From assembly GCA_963815195.1 (NCBI GenBank), contig CAWFGE010000013.1, forward strand, positions 448,001 through 512,000: 64,000 nucleotides of DNA, written 5' to 3'. This document shows, in pieces, positions 44,687-54,671 of this stretch. The first letter of the stretch is position 1; each line of letters begins with the position of its first letter. Origin of the DNA: an uncultured Planctomycetaceae bacterium (GTDB taxonomy: Bacteria > Planctomycetota > Planctomycetia > Planctomycetales > Planctomycetaceae). The notes under the pieces were generated by a model, which worked only from the letters and a program-made list of their open reading frames with translations, was not told where the DNA came from and searched no databases. The position numbers and the translations under genes are program-made.

Positions 44687-45145
44687 AAACCTCAGATGTC
44701 TGGGCTGACATCGGGCCGGACCTTCGGCCCTTTTTCTCAAATTTGAAACAGTTGAATTTACGAACGGTCGAAAAGCTGCGCAAAGACAAATCGTCGTCAA
44801 CACCAAATTTTTAAGGGCCCAGCGCTAGCCCCGGTTCACTGGGATAACCGGACGCTAGCACATTCCGGCTGTGATTGAAAAGTTGCCTGGATGAGCCGCA
44901 GGGCGCTACCGTGAAACAAAACTCCTACTAAAAAGTGTAGCGGGGCTTGATGAAGATACAATGAACGGGGTGCAAAGAGTTCGTCAAACCCCCGGGGCGG
45001 CGAAATGACCAATGAATGAATGACCAAAACTTGAAACATGCAACTGGAAACTGCCGGACAACGGATACGGACCAATGGCAGAATCCGCCGGATTTGCTAC
45101 ATTGCCGGGGGATTGTCTCTCTTGGTCCTTTTGCTTTGAATTGCC

Positions 45146-47260
45146 ATGCCGCCCGAACCGAATCGATTCTTCAATCGCGAACTGAGTTGGTTGGAATTCA
45201 ATCAGCGGGTGCTCGACGAGGCCCGCGACGCCTCGATTCCGCTCTTGGAACGGCTGAAATTCCTGGCGATCACCGCGTCCAACCTGGATGAGTTCTTCAT
45301 GGTCCGCGTGGGCGGTTTGCAAATGGTCTCCGCCCAGGGCAGCACCAAGACCGATCCCTCCGGGATGACCGCCGACGAGCAGCTCGACGCCATCAGCCGC
45401 CGAACCCACAAAATGACGGCCGACCAGTGCAAATGCTTTCTGGCCGACCTGGAACCCGCCCTTGCGCAAGCGGGCTTCCGCCGATTGGCGGGCGATCAAC
45501 TCACCCGGGAGCAACTCCAATTTGTTGAGCAGTTGTTTGCGGAAGAGATCTCGGCCGTGCTCTCGCCGATGGCGGTTTCCGCGGACGAGGAGTTCCCGCT
45601 GTTGGGGAACCAGACGCTCAACGTCTGCGTGCAGCTCAAGCCGAAGGCCAAGGATGAGGCCCCGCGGTTCGCGCTGATTCCTTTTGGGCTGTACTCCCGC
45701 CGGTTTATCACTTTGCCCATGCAGGAGCGGAGCGATCAGTACGAATACATTCTTCTGGAAGATGTGGTCAACCTGTTCGCCGGCCGGTTTTTTCCCGGCG
45801 AGCCGGTGGTGGAGTGCGTGCCGTTTCGCATCACCCGCAATGCCGACCTCAGCGTGCGCGAAGATCTCGCCGCGGATTTGATGGTCAGCATGGAGGAGAT
45901 CCTCGATGCCCGGAAACAAAGCGCCTGCGTACGCCTGGAGATTTCTGACAATTGCACATCGGCGACGCTCTCGTTTTTGCGGAACACGCTCGGCGTCCTG
46001 GAGAACAGCGTGTATGCCTCGCCGGGGCCCTTGGATCTGGCGGCGTTCATGCGGCTGACCGATGTCAAAGGCTTCGATCCCCTGAAGTACGAGTCCTGGC
46101 AGCCGCAGCCTTCGCCCAACGTCGATCCGCAAACCAGCCTGTTTGAAACGCTCCGCGACCGCGACGTGCTGCTCTACCATCCCTTCGAGAGCTTCGAACC
46201 GGTGCTCCGGCTTATCGAAGAAGCCGCGGCGGATCCGGACGTGCTGGCGATCAAGCAGACCTTGTACCGCACGAGCCGCGACAGCCCCGTGGCCGCCGCC
46301 TTGATGCGGGCGGCGGAGAACGGCAAATACGTCACCGCCCTCGTGGAGCTCAAAGCCCGCTTCGACGAAGCCCGCAACATCGAATGGGCGAAGAACCTCG
46401 AGCAAGCCGGCGTGCAGGTGATCTACGGCGTCAAAGGCCTCAAGACGCACGCCAAGATCTGCGTGATCATCCGCCGGGAACCGCAGGGCATCAAACGCTA
46501 CGTCCACTTCGGGACCGGCAACTACAACGAGCAAACCGCCCGGCTCTACACCGACGCCAGCCTGATGACCGCCGACGAAATCCTCGGCTCCGATGCGACC
46601 GCGTTCTTCAATGCGGTCACCGGCTATTCGCAGATTCACGAATTCCAAAAGCTCGCCGCCGCCCCGATTAGCCTGCGCGACAAACTACGGGAACTGATCG
46701 AGGGCGAAATCGAGCGGAAGAAACAAAACCAGGCCGCGAAAATCGTGGCCAAAATGAATTCGCTCGCCGATCCGGCACTGATCGATGCCCTCTATGCCGC
46801 GTCGGAAGCCGGCGTGAATGTGGAACTCAACATCCGGGGCATTTGTTGCCTCCGGCCGGGCGTGAAGGGCCTCAGCGAGAATATCAAAGTTGTGAGCATC
46901 ATCGACCGGTTTCTGGAGCACAGCCGGATCTTTTCGTTTCATCACGGCGGGGACGATGTGGTGTATATTTCCAGTGCCGACTGGATGCCCCGCAACCTCG
47001 ACCGCCGGGTGGAGCTATTGGTCCCCGTCGAAGACAACAGAGCCCGCCAGCAGTTGCTCCGGGTGTTAAGTTCCTCGATGAAAGACACGGTCAAAGCCCG
47101 GCGGCTGACGGCGGACGGGCAGTACAAAAAAATCCGCTCCAAAACCGCCCACCGCAGCCAGGAAAGCCTGTATCAAGCCGCCTGCCGGGCCACCGCCCGC
47201 GCCGCCAAGACCCAAGCCGTCGCCTTCGAACCCCACCGCGCCCCGGAGGACAACGGGTGA
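45146..47260 (+). CDS. ppk1: Polyphosphate kinase 1
   Basis: FNRELSWLEFNQRVL, SNLDEFFMVRV, LYHPFESF, IKQTLYRT, ELKARFDE, LKTHAK, GTGNYN, RFLEHSR, SADWMPRNLDRRVE. Confidence 0.97.
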   Translation: MPPEPNRFFNRELSWLEFNQRVLDEARDASIPLLERLKFLAITASNLDEFFMVRVGGLQMVSAQGSTKTDPSGMTADEQLDAISRRTHKMTADQCKCFLADLEPALAQAGFRRLAGDQLTREQLQFVEQLFAEEISAVLSPMAVSADEEFPLLGNQTLNVCVQLKPKAKDEAPRFALIPFGLYSRRFITLPMQERSDQYEYILLEDVVNLFAGRFFPGEPVVECVPFRITRNADLSVREDLAADLMVSMEEILDARKQSACVRLEISDNCTSATLSFLRNTLGVLENSVYASPGPLDLAAFMRLTDVKGFDPLKYESWQPQPSPNVDPQTSLFETLRDRDVLLYHPFESFEPVLRLIEEAAADPDVLAIKQTLYRTSRDSPVAAALMRAAENGKYVTALVELKARFDEARNIEWAKNLEQAGVQVIYGVKGLKTHAKICVIIRREPQGIKRYVHFGTGNYNEQTARLYTDASLMTADEILGSDATAFFNAVTGYSQIHEFQKLAAAPISLRDKLRELIEGEIERKKQNQAAKIVAKMNSLADPALIDALYAASEAGVNVELNIRGICCLRPGVKGLSENIKVVSIIDRFLEHSRIFSFHHGGDDVVYISSADWMPRNLDRRVELLVPVEDNRARQQLLRVLSSSMKDTVKARRLTADGQYKKIRSKTAHRSQESLYQAACRATARAAKTQAVAFEPHRAPEDNG

Positions 47261-47392
47261 TGGGCGAAGTTTATCAGACGGCATGCGCTAGCGTCCGGTT
47301 CATCGAAATCCAGCGAATCGCAGTAACCGGGGCTAGCGCCCTGCGGCTAATTTTCTTGCACCGTAATAATCGCAAATGGCTGGACGCTCCGG

Positions 47393-49114
47393 TTACGATC
47401 TCCCGCGGAGCCAGATGTTGGCGGTGTTGACGGTGTCCGCGTCGTCGTTGTGTTTGATCGCCCGGAAGCGGTCTTGGTTTCGGCGGTACGCCAGTTCCAT
47501 ATAGTAAAGCCCCGTGGCGAGTTCCTGCTCCGTCGGCCGCTGCTCGGTGCTCAACAGGCGGGAAAACACGCAGCTGGACATAAACAGCTCCGTCGCGGCA
47601 TCGCCGATTCTGGCTTGGATGAGTTGCCGATTCAAGATGCCTTCGCGGTATTGAATCAATGCCGACTGGCACGCCGACGCGAAGTTCGCGATTTGCTTGG
47701 AAAGATGGTTCGCCGCCCGTTGTAACGGCGGGGTCAGGTCGGCTTTGGGCATTCGCGGCCGATTATGCCACAGCGTCCACACATTCCACGGTTTCTTCGT
47801 CAAACTTTCGAGGTGCTTGCCGACGTTGCGGAGGCCGTACATCGCGATGAAGCCGCGGAGCACATCGTTGGCCCCTTCGCCGATGAGGTTCAGCCGGGCG
47901 TCGCGCATCATCCGCTCGAAAGGCTGGTCGGTGAAGAAGCCCGCCCCGCCCCAGATTTGCAGGCAGTCGTTGACGATCCGCCACAAGGCATCGCTCGCGA
48001 AGACTTTGATCATCGCGGTTTCGAGCATGTAGTCCTCGGCCCCGCTGTCGATGAGCGCGGCCGTGTGATAGGTCGCGCTTTCCATTGCGTAAGTCTCGGC
48101 GGCGGCGAGGGCGATTTTTTCTTTGACCAACTCAAACTCGCCGAGCGTCTGCCCGAACTGCCGGCGGGAGTTGGCGCGCTCGATCATTTCCTCCAGGCAA
48201 AACTTCGCCGCCCCGGTGCAACTCGCTCCGAACGTCGTCCGGCCGAAGTCGAGCACCGTGAGCGCGAGCTTCAATCCTTTGCCGATTTGCCCGAGGATGT
48301 TTTCCCTGGGCACGAACATGTTGTTGAAGCTGAGCCGGGCGGTCGCGGTGCCGCGGATGCCGACTTTGGGCATGCGGGCTTCGAGGACTTCAAAGCCTTC
48401 CATGTCCGGCGTGACGAGGAAGGCGGTGATCTTGCCGTCGGGGTCTTTTTCGTCCGGCGTGCGGGCCATCACGGTGAGCACCCCCGCGATGCCGCCGTTG
48501 GTGATGTAGCGTTTCTGGCCGTTTAAGATATAACCCTTGCCGTCGGGCGTGGGCTGGGCGCGGGTTTGCACGTTGGAGGCGTCGGAGCCGGCTTCGGGTT
48601 CGGTGAGGGCGAACGCCGCGAGCTTTTGCCCGCTGGCGACGGGCCGCATCCATTGGGCTTGTTGCTCCTTCGTGCCGAAGAGTTCCAAAGCCCTGAGGCC
48701 GATGGAATGGTGGGCATTGACGAACACCGCCGTCGAACCGCACCGCCCGCCGATGACTTCCATCACCCGGCAGTAGTTTTGCTGCGACAATCCCCGCCCG
48801 CCGTGTTCCGGTCCGACCGTCATGCCTAAGACGCCGAGCTTGGCGAGGCCGTCGATGACCGATTGCGGAATGGCTTCGTCCCGGTCGATCTGAGCGGGGT
48901 CCACGTGCTCATCGAAAAACTGCCGGACTTGGGCGACGGCTTCGTCGCCGATTTTGCGTTCGGCCGCGGACAACACGGGATAGGGCAAAATCGATTCCGT
49001 GCGGAACCGGCCGAAGAACAGTTCCTTCGCAAAGCCCGCCTTCTGCGGGCCGGAAAACAAGAGTTCCTCCGCCTGCTCGATTTGCTTCTGTTGAAGCTCA
49101 GTCATCGTGGTCAT
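47393..49114 (-). CDS. Acyl-CoA dehydrogenase (VLCAD-like)
   Basis: AFALTEPEAGSDA, LNGQKRYITNG, KVGIRG, LDFGR, RRQFG, QIWGGAGF, RDAR..LIGEGAND. Confidence 0.92.
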   Translation of the reverse strand: MTTMTELQQKQIEQAEELLFSGPQKAGFAKELFFGRFRTESILPYPVLSAAERKIGDEAVAQVRQFFDEHVDPAQIDRDEAIPQSVIDGLAKLGVLGMTVGPEHGGRGLSQQNYCRVMEVIGGRCGSTAVFVNAHHSIGLRALELFGTKEQQAQWMRPVASGQKLAAFALTEPEAGSDASNVQTRAQPTPDGKGYILNGQKRYITNGGIAGVLTVMARTPDEKDPDGKITAFLVTPDMEGFEVLEARMPKVGIRGTATARLSFNNMFVPRENILGQIGKGLKLALTVLDFGRTTFGASCTGAAKFCLEEMIERANSRRQFGQTLGEFELVKEKIALAAAETYAMESATYHTAALIDSGAEDYMLETAMIKVFASDALWRIVNDCLQIWGGAGFFTDQPFERMMRDARLNLIGEGANDVLRGFIAMYGLRNVGKHLESLTKKPWNVWTLWHNRPRMPKADLTPPLQRAANHLSKQIANFASACQSALIQYREGILNRQLIQARIGDAATELFMSSCVFSRLLSTEQRPTEQELATGLYYMELAYRRNQDRFRAIKHNDDADTVNTANIWLRGRS

Positions 49115-49284
49115 CAAACGCCCTCCGGTTTGTGCAAACATTCTCTCCATTAAGAATGATACCGCATGGGAGGCGTTTTGACCGGAATTTCCGGAAGAAA
49201 TAAAATACAACTCTCTGCTGTGTTTGAAGTTACGACGATTATCGCCGTCATCCTCTGATTGGGACAGTTTCCAATGGATGTCAC

Positions 49285-49489
49285 TACGCCGAAGGCGTTT
49301 CACAACAAAGCCCAGGGTCAACGGCGCAGCCGCGCCACCCTGGGTTCAGGAACCCAAAAAATCCTTACGCCGAAGGTGTTATACAGAATCGCTGTATAAC
49401 GCCTTCGGCGTAAAGAATGAATTGGGGACGCTGTTCACCCAGAGTGCGCTTCGCGACTCTGGGCTTTGTTCTGTAACGCCTTCGGCGTA
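49285..49489. repeat. Large REP-like element with four TACGCCGAAGG motifs
   Basis: Nested inverted repeats; close homologue at 63696-63901. Confidence 0.85.
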
Positions 49490-49618
49490 AAAACAATTTC
49501 CCGATTTCGTGAGATTCGTTCACGCGTGCCGTGGCCAATAATCTCCTGATACTGTAGCGGACAGCGAAAACTTCGTATGGTGGAGCGATTGGCGTTTTGT
49601 TTTTGTGAGAACGATCCA

Positions 49619-50716
49619 ATGAACGAATCCGGTCCGCCCTCCTCCGAACCTCACACAAGGCTCCGCGAATGGATGCGGCAAGCCGTGGCGAGGGGGGCGT
49701 CGGATTTGCATTTGGTTCCGGGCTATCCGCCGGTGCTCCGCGTGCATGGGATGCTCGAGCAGCTTGCGGAACAGCCGTTGGACCGCGAAGAAACCGCGGA
49801 CATGTTCCGAGCGATTTGTCCCCAAGAATTGGAGACCACGTTCGAAGCCGAGACCGATTTGGATTTTTCCTTCGTGATGGAAGAAGGCGGGAAGCCGGCG
49901 CGGTTTCGGGTGAATGTGTTTCGCGCGGCCGGGAGCCGGGGGGCGTGTTTGCGGTTGATTCCTCCGAAGATTCCGACCTTCGCCTGGGCGGAGTTCTCGC
50001 CGGAGCTCGGCGAGCGGTTGGCGTTTTTGCGGGATGGGTTGGTGGTCGTCACGGGGCCGACGGGTTCCGGGAAGACGACCACGCTCGCCATGCTCGTCGA
50101 ACTCCTCAACCGCGAAGGCGGGCGGCGGATTCTCACCGTGGAGCAACCGGTGGAATACGTGTTTTCGCGGGCGACCGAGTCCGTGGTCACGCAGCGCGAA
50201 GTCGGCCCCGATGTGCCCACGTTTGCGGATGGACTCAAATACGGGCTCAGGCAGGATCCGGATGTGATTCTTGTCGGCGAAATCCGCGACCGGGAGACGG
50301 CTCAGATGGCGCTGTCTGCCGCCGAGACCGGACATCTCGTTTTCACCACGTTGCACACGCGGGACGCCAAGGGCATGGTCACGCGGTTTGCCGATTTGTT
50401 TCCGCAGGAAGCGCAGAAGGACATTCGCTCGCAACTCGCGATGAGCCTGCGGGCGGTCGTCAGCCAGCGGCTGCTCCCGGATGTGGAGCCGGGAAACAAA
50501 CGCCATCTCGCCGTGGAGGTGCTGTGGAACACGCATCCGATCGCGAGCGCCATCCGCACCGGCAAGGTGGAGAGCATCGACAACTATCTCGTCACCCGCC
50601 GGGACGAGGGCATGGTCAGCTTTGATGAATCCGTCCGCCGGCTGTATCAAGAAGACAAAATCGCCCGCAGCGTCGCTGAGCAGAACGTCACGGATCCGAC
50701 GGTGTTGGGATATTGA
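49619..50716 (+). CDS. pilT: PilT/PilU family ATPase
   Basis: GASDLHL, RFRVNVF, GPTGSGKTTT, QREVG, LRQDPDVILVGEIRD, AETGHLVFTTLHT. Confidence 0.85.
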   Translation: MNESGPPSSEPHTRLREWMRQAVARGASDLHLVPGYPPVLRVHGMLEQLAEQPLDREETADMFRAICPQELETTFEAETDLDFSFVMEEGGKPARFRVNVFRAAGSRGACLRLIPPKIPTFAWAEFSPELGERLAFLRDGLVVVTGPTGSGKTTTLAMLVELLNREGGRRILTVEQPVEYVFSRATESVVTQREVGPDVPTFADGLKYGLRQDPDVILVGEIRDRETAQMALSAAETGHLVFTTLHTRDAKGMVTRFADLFPQEAQKDIRSQLAMSLRAVVSQRLLPDVEPGNKRHLAVEVLWNTHPIASAIRTGKVESIDNYLVTRRDEGMVSFDESVRRLYQEDKIARSVAEQNVTDPTVLGY

Positions 50717-50807
50717 CCGGCGAGCGTGGGGCGTCGCCCCGGGCGTCGGCTCCATGATCAGGGGGATTGTCGAAACAATCCGCTTCATCGGAATGGATTG
50801 CGACGTT

Positions 50808-51185
50808 TCACACCGGGCTGGGGTGCTCGACCGTGATGTTGGTGCGGATGCCGCCGCGGGGCGTGAATTCCGCCACGATTTTCAGCCAATGGGGTTCGGT
50901 GACTTCGAGCAAGTCCTCAAAGATGCGGTTGGTGACATCTTCGTAGAAGGCCCCGACGTTTCGGTAAAGCTGCAAGTAGTGCTTGAGGGATTTCAGCTCG
51001 ACGCATTTCTGGCGGGGGCGGTAGGTGATCGTCAACGTGCCGAAGTCGGGCTGGCCGGTTTTGGGGCACACCGAGGTAAACTCGGGGCAAATCGTTTCGA
51101 TGGTATAATCGCGCCCGGGGTGGGGATTGGGAAAGGTTTCCAACTGATCCTTAAACCGGGACGTGTCTTGGGATGCGGGATTCAT
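50808..51185 (-). CDS. queF: preQ1 synthase (nitrile reductase, type I)
   Basis: [36 protein letters not shown]. Confidence 0.95.
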   Translation of the reverse strand: MNPASQDTSRFKDQLETFPNPHPGRDYTIETICPEFTSVCPKTGQPDFGTLTITYRPRQKCVELKSLKHYLQLYRNVGAFYEDVTNRIFEDLLEVTEPHWLKIVAEFTPRGGIRTNITVEHPSPV

Positions 51186-51212
51186 AATGGGTCGGTCAAT
51201 CGGCGGCACATC

Positions 51213-51280
51213 CTAGACCCAAGCCGCCGGCTTGCCGGCGGACCGCGCTAGACCCAAGCCGCCGGCTTGCCGGCGGACCG
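51213..51280. repeat. 2 x 35-bp tandem hairpin repeat
   Basis: CTAGACCCAAGCCGCCGGCTTGCCGGCGGACCG twice. Confidence 0.75.
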
Positions 51281-51309
51281 GCGTCAAGGCGTCGGCTTGG
51301 GTGTCATTT

Positions 51310-54300
51310 TCAGGGACGGACTGCCAGAACGCGGATGCCTTCTTCTCGCGTGAGGGGTTTGGTGGTCTGCTCCGAAGCGATTTCCAGCCGCAGCCGGGCG
51401 TCGCCGGCTTTTACGGATTTGAGGACCAGGTCAAATTCCAGTTCCGTTCGTCCTTGAAGGGACTCCACAGGATTAAATGTAAGCGTCCCGCCGTCGCGTT
51501 TGAAGTCCACGGGGCCTTTGGCGGACACAAATTCCAGTTCTTCCGGGATTTGCAGCTTGACGACGACCTGGCTCGCGGCCCCGGTGCCCCGGTTGGTGGC
51601 GACGATTCGCAGATTCACCTCCTGGCCGACGTCCACGGGCTCCGCATATTCGCGGACATCCAGGCGGAGCGCGGTGTAGCCTTCGATGAGGGTTTCGGAC
51701 TTGACCACGGACCGCGTGCCGTTGGGATCGAACGCCGTCACTTCGCTGGCTTGCTTGCCTTCGTTTCGGGCGACGAGTTCGAGCTGGAGTTCTTGCTCTT
51801 CGCGGGGTCCGAGTTCCCGGATCGCCCAGGTCACCGTGCGTTTGTCGGGGTCGAATTTCCCGCCCGCGGTGGCCTTGACGAAATCCAGGCCGGCGGGAAC
51901 GGCTTCCACGACTTGAAAGCCCGCCACGTTGGTGTCGGATTGGTTGGCGATCGTGTTGGAGAACGCAGCGAGCCGGCCGATGTATCGGCGTTTGGGGCCG
52001 GTGCGGGTGATCTTTAACCGGTCGCCGATGATCTTCAGGTTCGACGTGGCTTCCTCTTGCAGGCCGCCGCTGGCGGAGATGACGGCTTTGTTGACGAACT
52101 CGCCGGCCGCCGCGGCGCTGACGGTGAGATCGATCTCCCGGCTTTCGCCGGCCTTGAGCGTCCCGACTTCGTATTCCAGGTCGCCCCCGTCGGGGTGTTT
52201 GAGTCCTTTGGGAAGAATGTTTCGCAAAAAGACCCGAGCGGCGTCGCCAGTGCCGGTGTTGGCGATTTTGAAGTGATAGGTCACATTGTCGCCCAGAACC
52301 GCCCGCTCGGGGCCGGTGAATTCCAGGTCGAGGTTTGGAGCCGCAACCACTGTCTGTGAAGCGACTTCCGCGACAAAACTCACCTTGGCCACGCTGCCGA
52401 TCTGGCCTTCCTGAGTGGGGATGAGACGCACGGCGATTTTCTTTTCTTCGCCGGGCGGAATCTCTCCCAATCGCCAGATCAAGCGGGAATCGGCCATCTC
52501 GCCGCGGGGAATCGTGCCCGTCAAACGAGTCCCCTTGGGAATTTGATCTTCCACTATCACCTCGCGGGCGGCACTGGTGCCCACGTTGCGGACGACGATG
52601 TTGTAGATCATCGGTTGTCCGAGCACCGCCTTGGGCGGGGCGGTCTTTTCGATTTTCAGTTGCGGACGCTGCTGCGCGGCTGGGGGCAATTCCGCCAGTT
52701 CAGCGGTCTGCGGCGTGTCGGAACCTGGTCCCGGCTCTAAGGGCGGCGTTCCCATTGGGAAGGGGGACACCGGGGACGGGGCATCGGTGAATTGGATGGG
52801 GGGGGATGATTTCGGTTCTGTGCTCAATGCGGGCGGCGAGGTTTCAGGCAGCGGATTGGCATTGATTTGTGCCTGCGGACTCGAGGTGGGCGGGTCGGCA
52901 TCCGGGAACGTCACTTGATCCAGCGGATCGACAAATGCGGCCGGGCCGACTGCGGGAGCCTGCGAGCTACCGGCGGCGGGAATAGCACACCCCGGGACGT
53001 TCGGGGCCATGTTCGTTTCCGGCCCCACGACCGCGGGGCTGGTCAAATTCGGACCGGCCGGCTCAGCTTGCGGAGGCAACGTCCCGGTTGATTCCGGCGC
53101 AGTGGGGAAAGGATTTTCATTTTGATGTTCATTTTCGCTCGCCGATTGGGGTGCCGAGGGGGCGGGATCGACGGGAAACCGCGGACTGTTATCGACGGGC
53201 GGCGGTGCCAAGGGGGGCGAAGAACTCGCCGGCACGCGCACCGAAGCCCGCCCCGGAGCAGGCGGGTCTGCGCCGGTTGGCAATTCCTCCAGCGAGGCTT
53301 CTCGAGGCGGATTCAAGTCCAACGGATCGACGGGGGCCGCCGGGGCGGAATCCATCGGTTCGGGTGCGACGGTCAACCCGCCGAAACGGGGATCGCCTGG
53401 ATCGGCCGCATTGCTCGGCGGAACTGCGGGAAGAGGGGAAAGTGTAGGCGACGCCGGCACCTCGGCCGAAGCGGGCAATTTGGGTTCCGCCGGATCAACA
53501 GGACGCTCGGCCGGCCCGGCAGAAATCGATGGCCCGTTCAATTGCGGCGGTTCGATGGGATCGGCGGGATCGGATTCCGCGGGCATCGGTCCCGGCAAGA
53601 CCGGCGGCGTGGTTTCAGGCGAGTCGCCTGCCGGTTCGGGTTCATACGGATCGAAGGGAGCCTCGACCGGTTCTGCTTCCGTTTTATGTTCGGTTGAAGG
53701 CAGAACGGGATCGGAGAATGGATTGTCTTCCGGCGGTATGGGTGGCTGGGAAACGGGCGGAACGGCAGTCGGCGGAGCCGGGGCCGGTTCCGATTGGCTT
53801 TCGGCAGAAAACGCGTTGAGATCAGGGACCGCGGGGCCTTCGGCTTCCACGGCCGCTGCCGGAACGGCAATGGGAAGTTCCGGAAACGCAGGCTCCGGAG
53901 GATTGCCGACTTGTTGGATGGGGCTGTCCGCCGCAGGTCGTGCGGGGGCCGCTGTTTCCTGCGAAGGGCCGTTGTCCGCCGCAGGCGTCAACAACGGCCC
54001 AGCATTTGCCGCCGGGTCCTTCGCGACAGGAAAAGGCGTCGGGGGATCGTTCGCGGCCTCAAAGGGGTTGTTCTCTGCCGGTTCGGGAAGCGGCTCGAAC
54101 GTCGGGACCGGTTCCAAACCGGCCGCTCCTCCGGGATTTTGCTCTCCGGACGGAGAGGCGGCAAAGGAGGGGGCCGCCCGCACCGCCGCGGGTTCTTCCT
54201 CCGCCGGGTCGCCCGTGGAAGCCGTGGCCGGCCTGCGCTCCGAAATTCGGAGCGAGCGACAAGCCTTCCATCGCTTGCAGCACAACCAGAAACCCAATTC

Positions 54301-54346
54301 CCGTCACGCCCGCCAGCGCGACGAATTGCCAAAGGAGATTGCGCAT
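51310..54346 (-). CDS. Pro-rich membrane-anchored protein with C-terminal DUF11-like Ig repeats (frameshift ~54240)
   Basis: N-terminal TM, long Pro/Ala/Glu-rich region, then KTAP...YNIVVRNVG...VEDQIPKG, IANTGTG..A, TNRGTGAA repeats. Confidence 0.8.
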
Positions 54347-54671
54347 GGGAGTCCTTTCCCCATCTCCGAAAGATTTCAAGGTGATTCCGTGAGAATTTCC
54401 CCGCCAAAAGGGAGTCCATGCGGACACCGGATTCGTTATCCAAAGGGGGAATCGGCGCTACTTACCACAATCCCGCGCATGAGAAAAGATCAATCTGAAT
54501 CGTAAAGGCGTTTTCTGTTACCGTATTGTTACACGTTTGGCCCGTCGTTGCGGTTAGAATCATGGGTGCAGGGAGCGGGATAGGGCGGAGTCACCTGGAA
54601 GACTGGCCGCCTTGGACAAAATGGGGCGAGGGAGCCGATTTGGAGAATATGCGTTTTTGGGAACTTTGAAA

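Larger units (their letters stand above)
43043..44701 (+). mobile_element. IS110 family insertion sequence (IS621-like layout, long left end)
   Basis: CT core at 43041-43042 and 44700-44701; removal restores GGCTGCGCC-CT-GGGCTGAC, whose right arm is the inverted repeat of 42849-42880; no TIRs of its own. Confidence 0.9.
42763..44822. mobile_element. Non-autonomous MITE-like element (~401 bp without the nested IS110) inserted in a REP-A
   Basis: TIRs 42763-42788 and 44797-44822 (22/26 match); direct repeat CGCTAGC at 42756-42762 and 44823-44829; removal restores AGCCGCAGGGCGCTAGCCCCGGTTC. Confidence 0.75.

Noticed and set aside
42763..44822. Reading the TIRs and TSD as the ends of the IS110 itself
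   Set aside because: Internal CT cores, junction promoter, restored REP and guide matches define smaller IS110 boundaries
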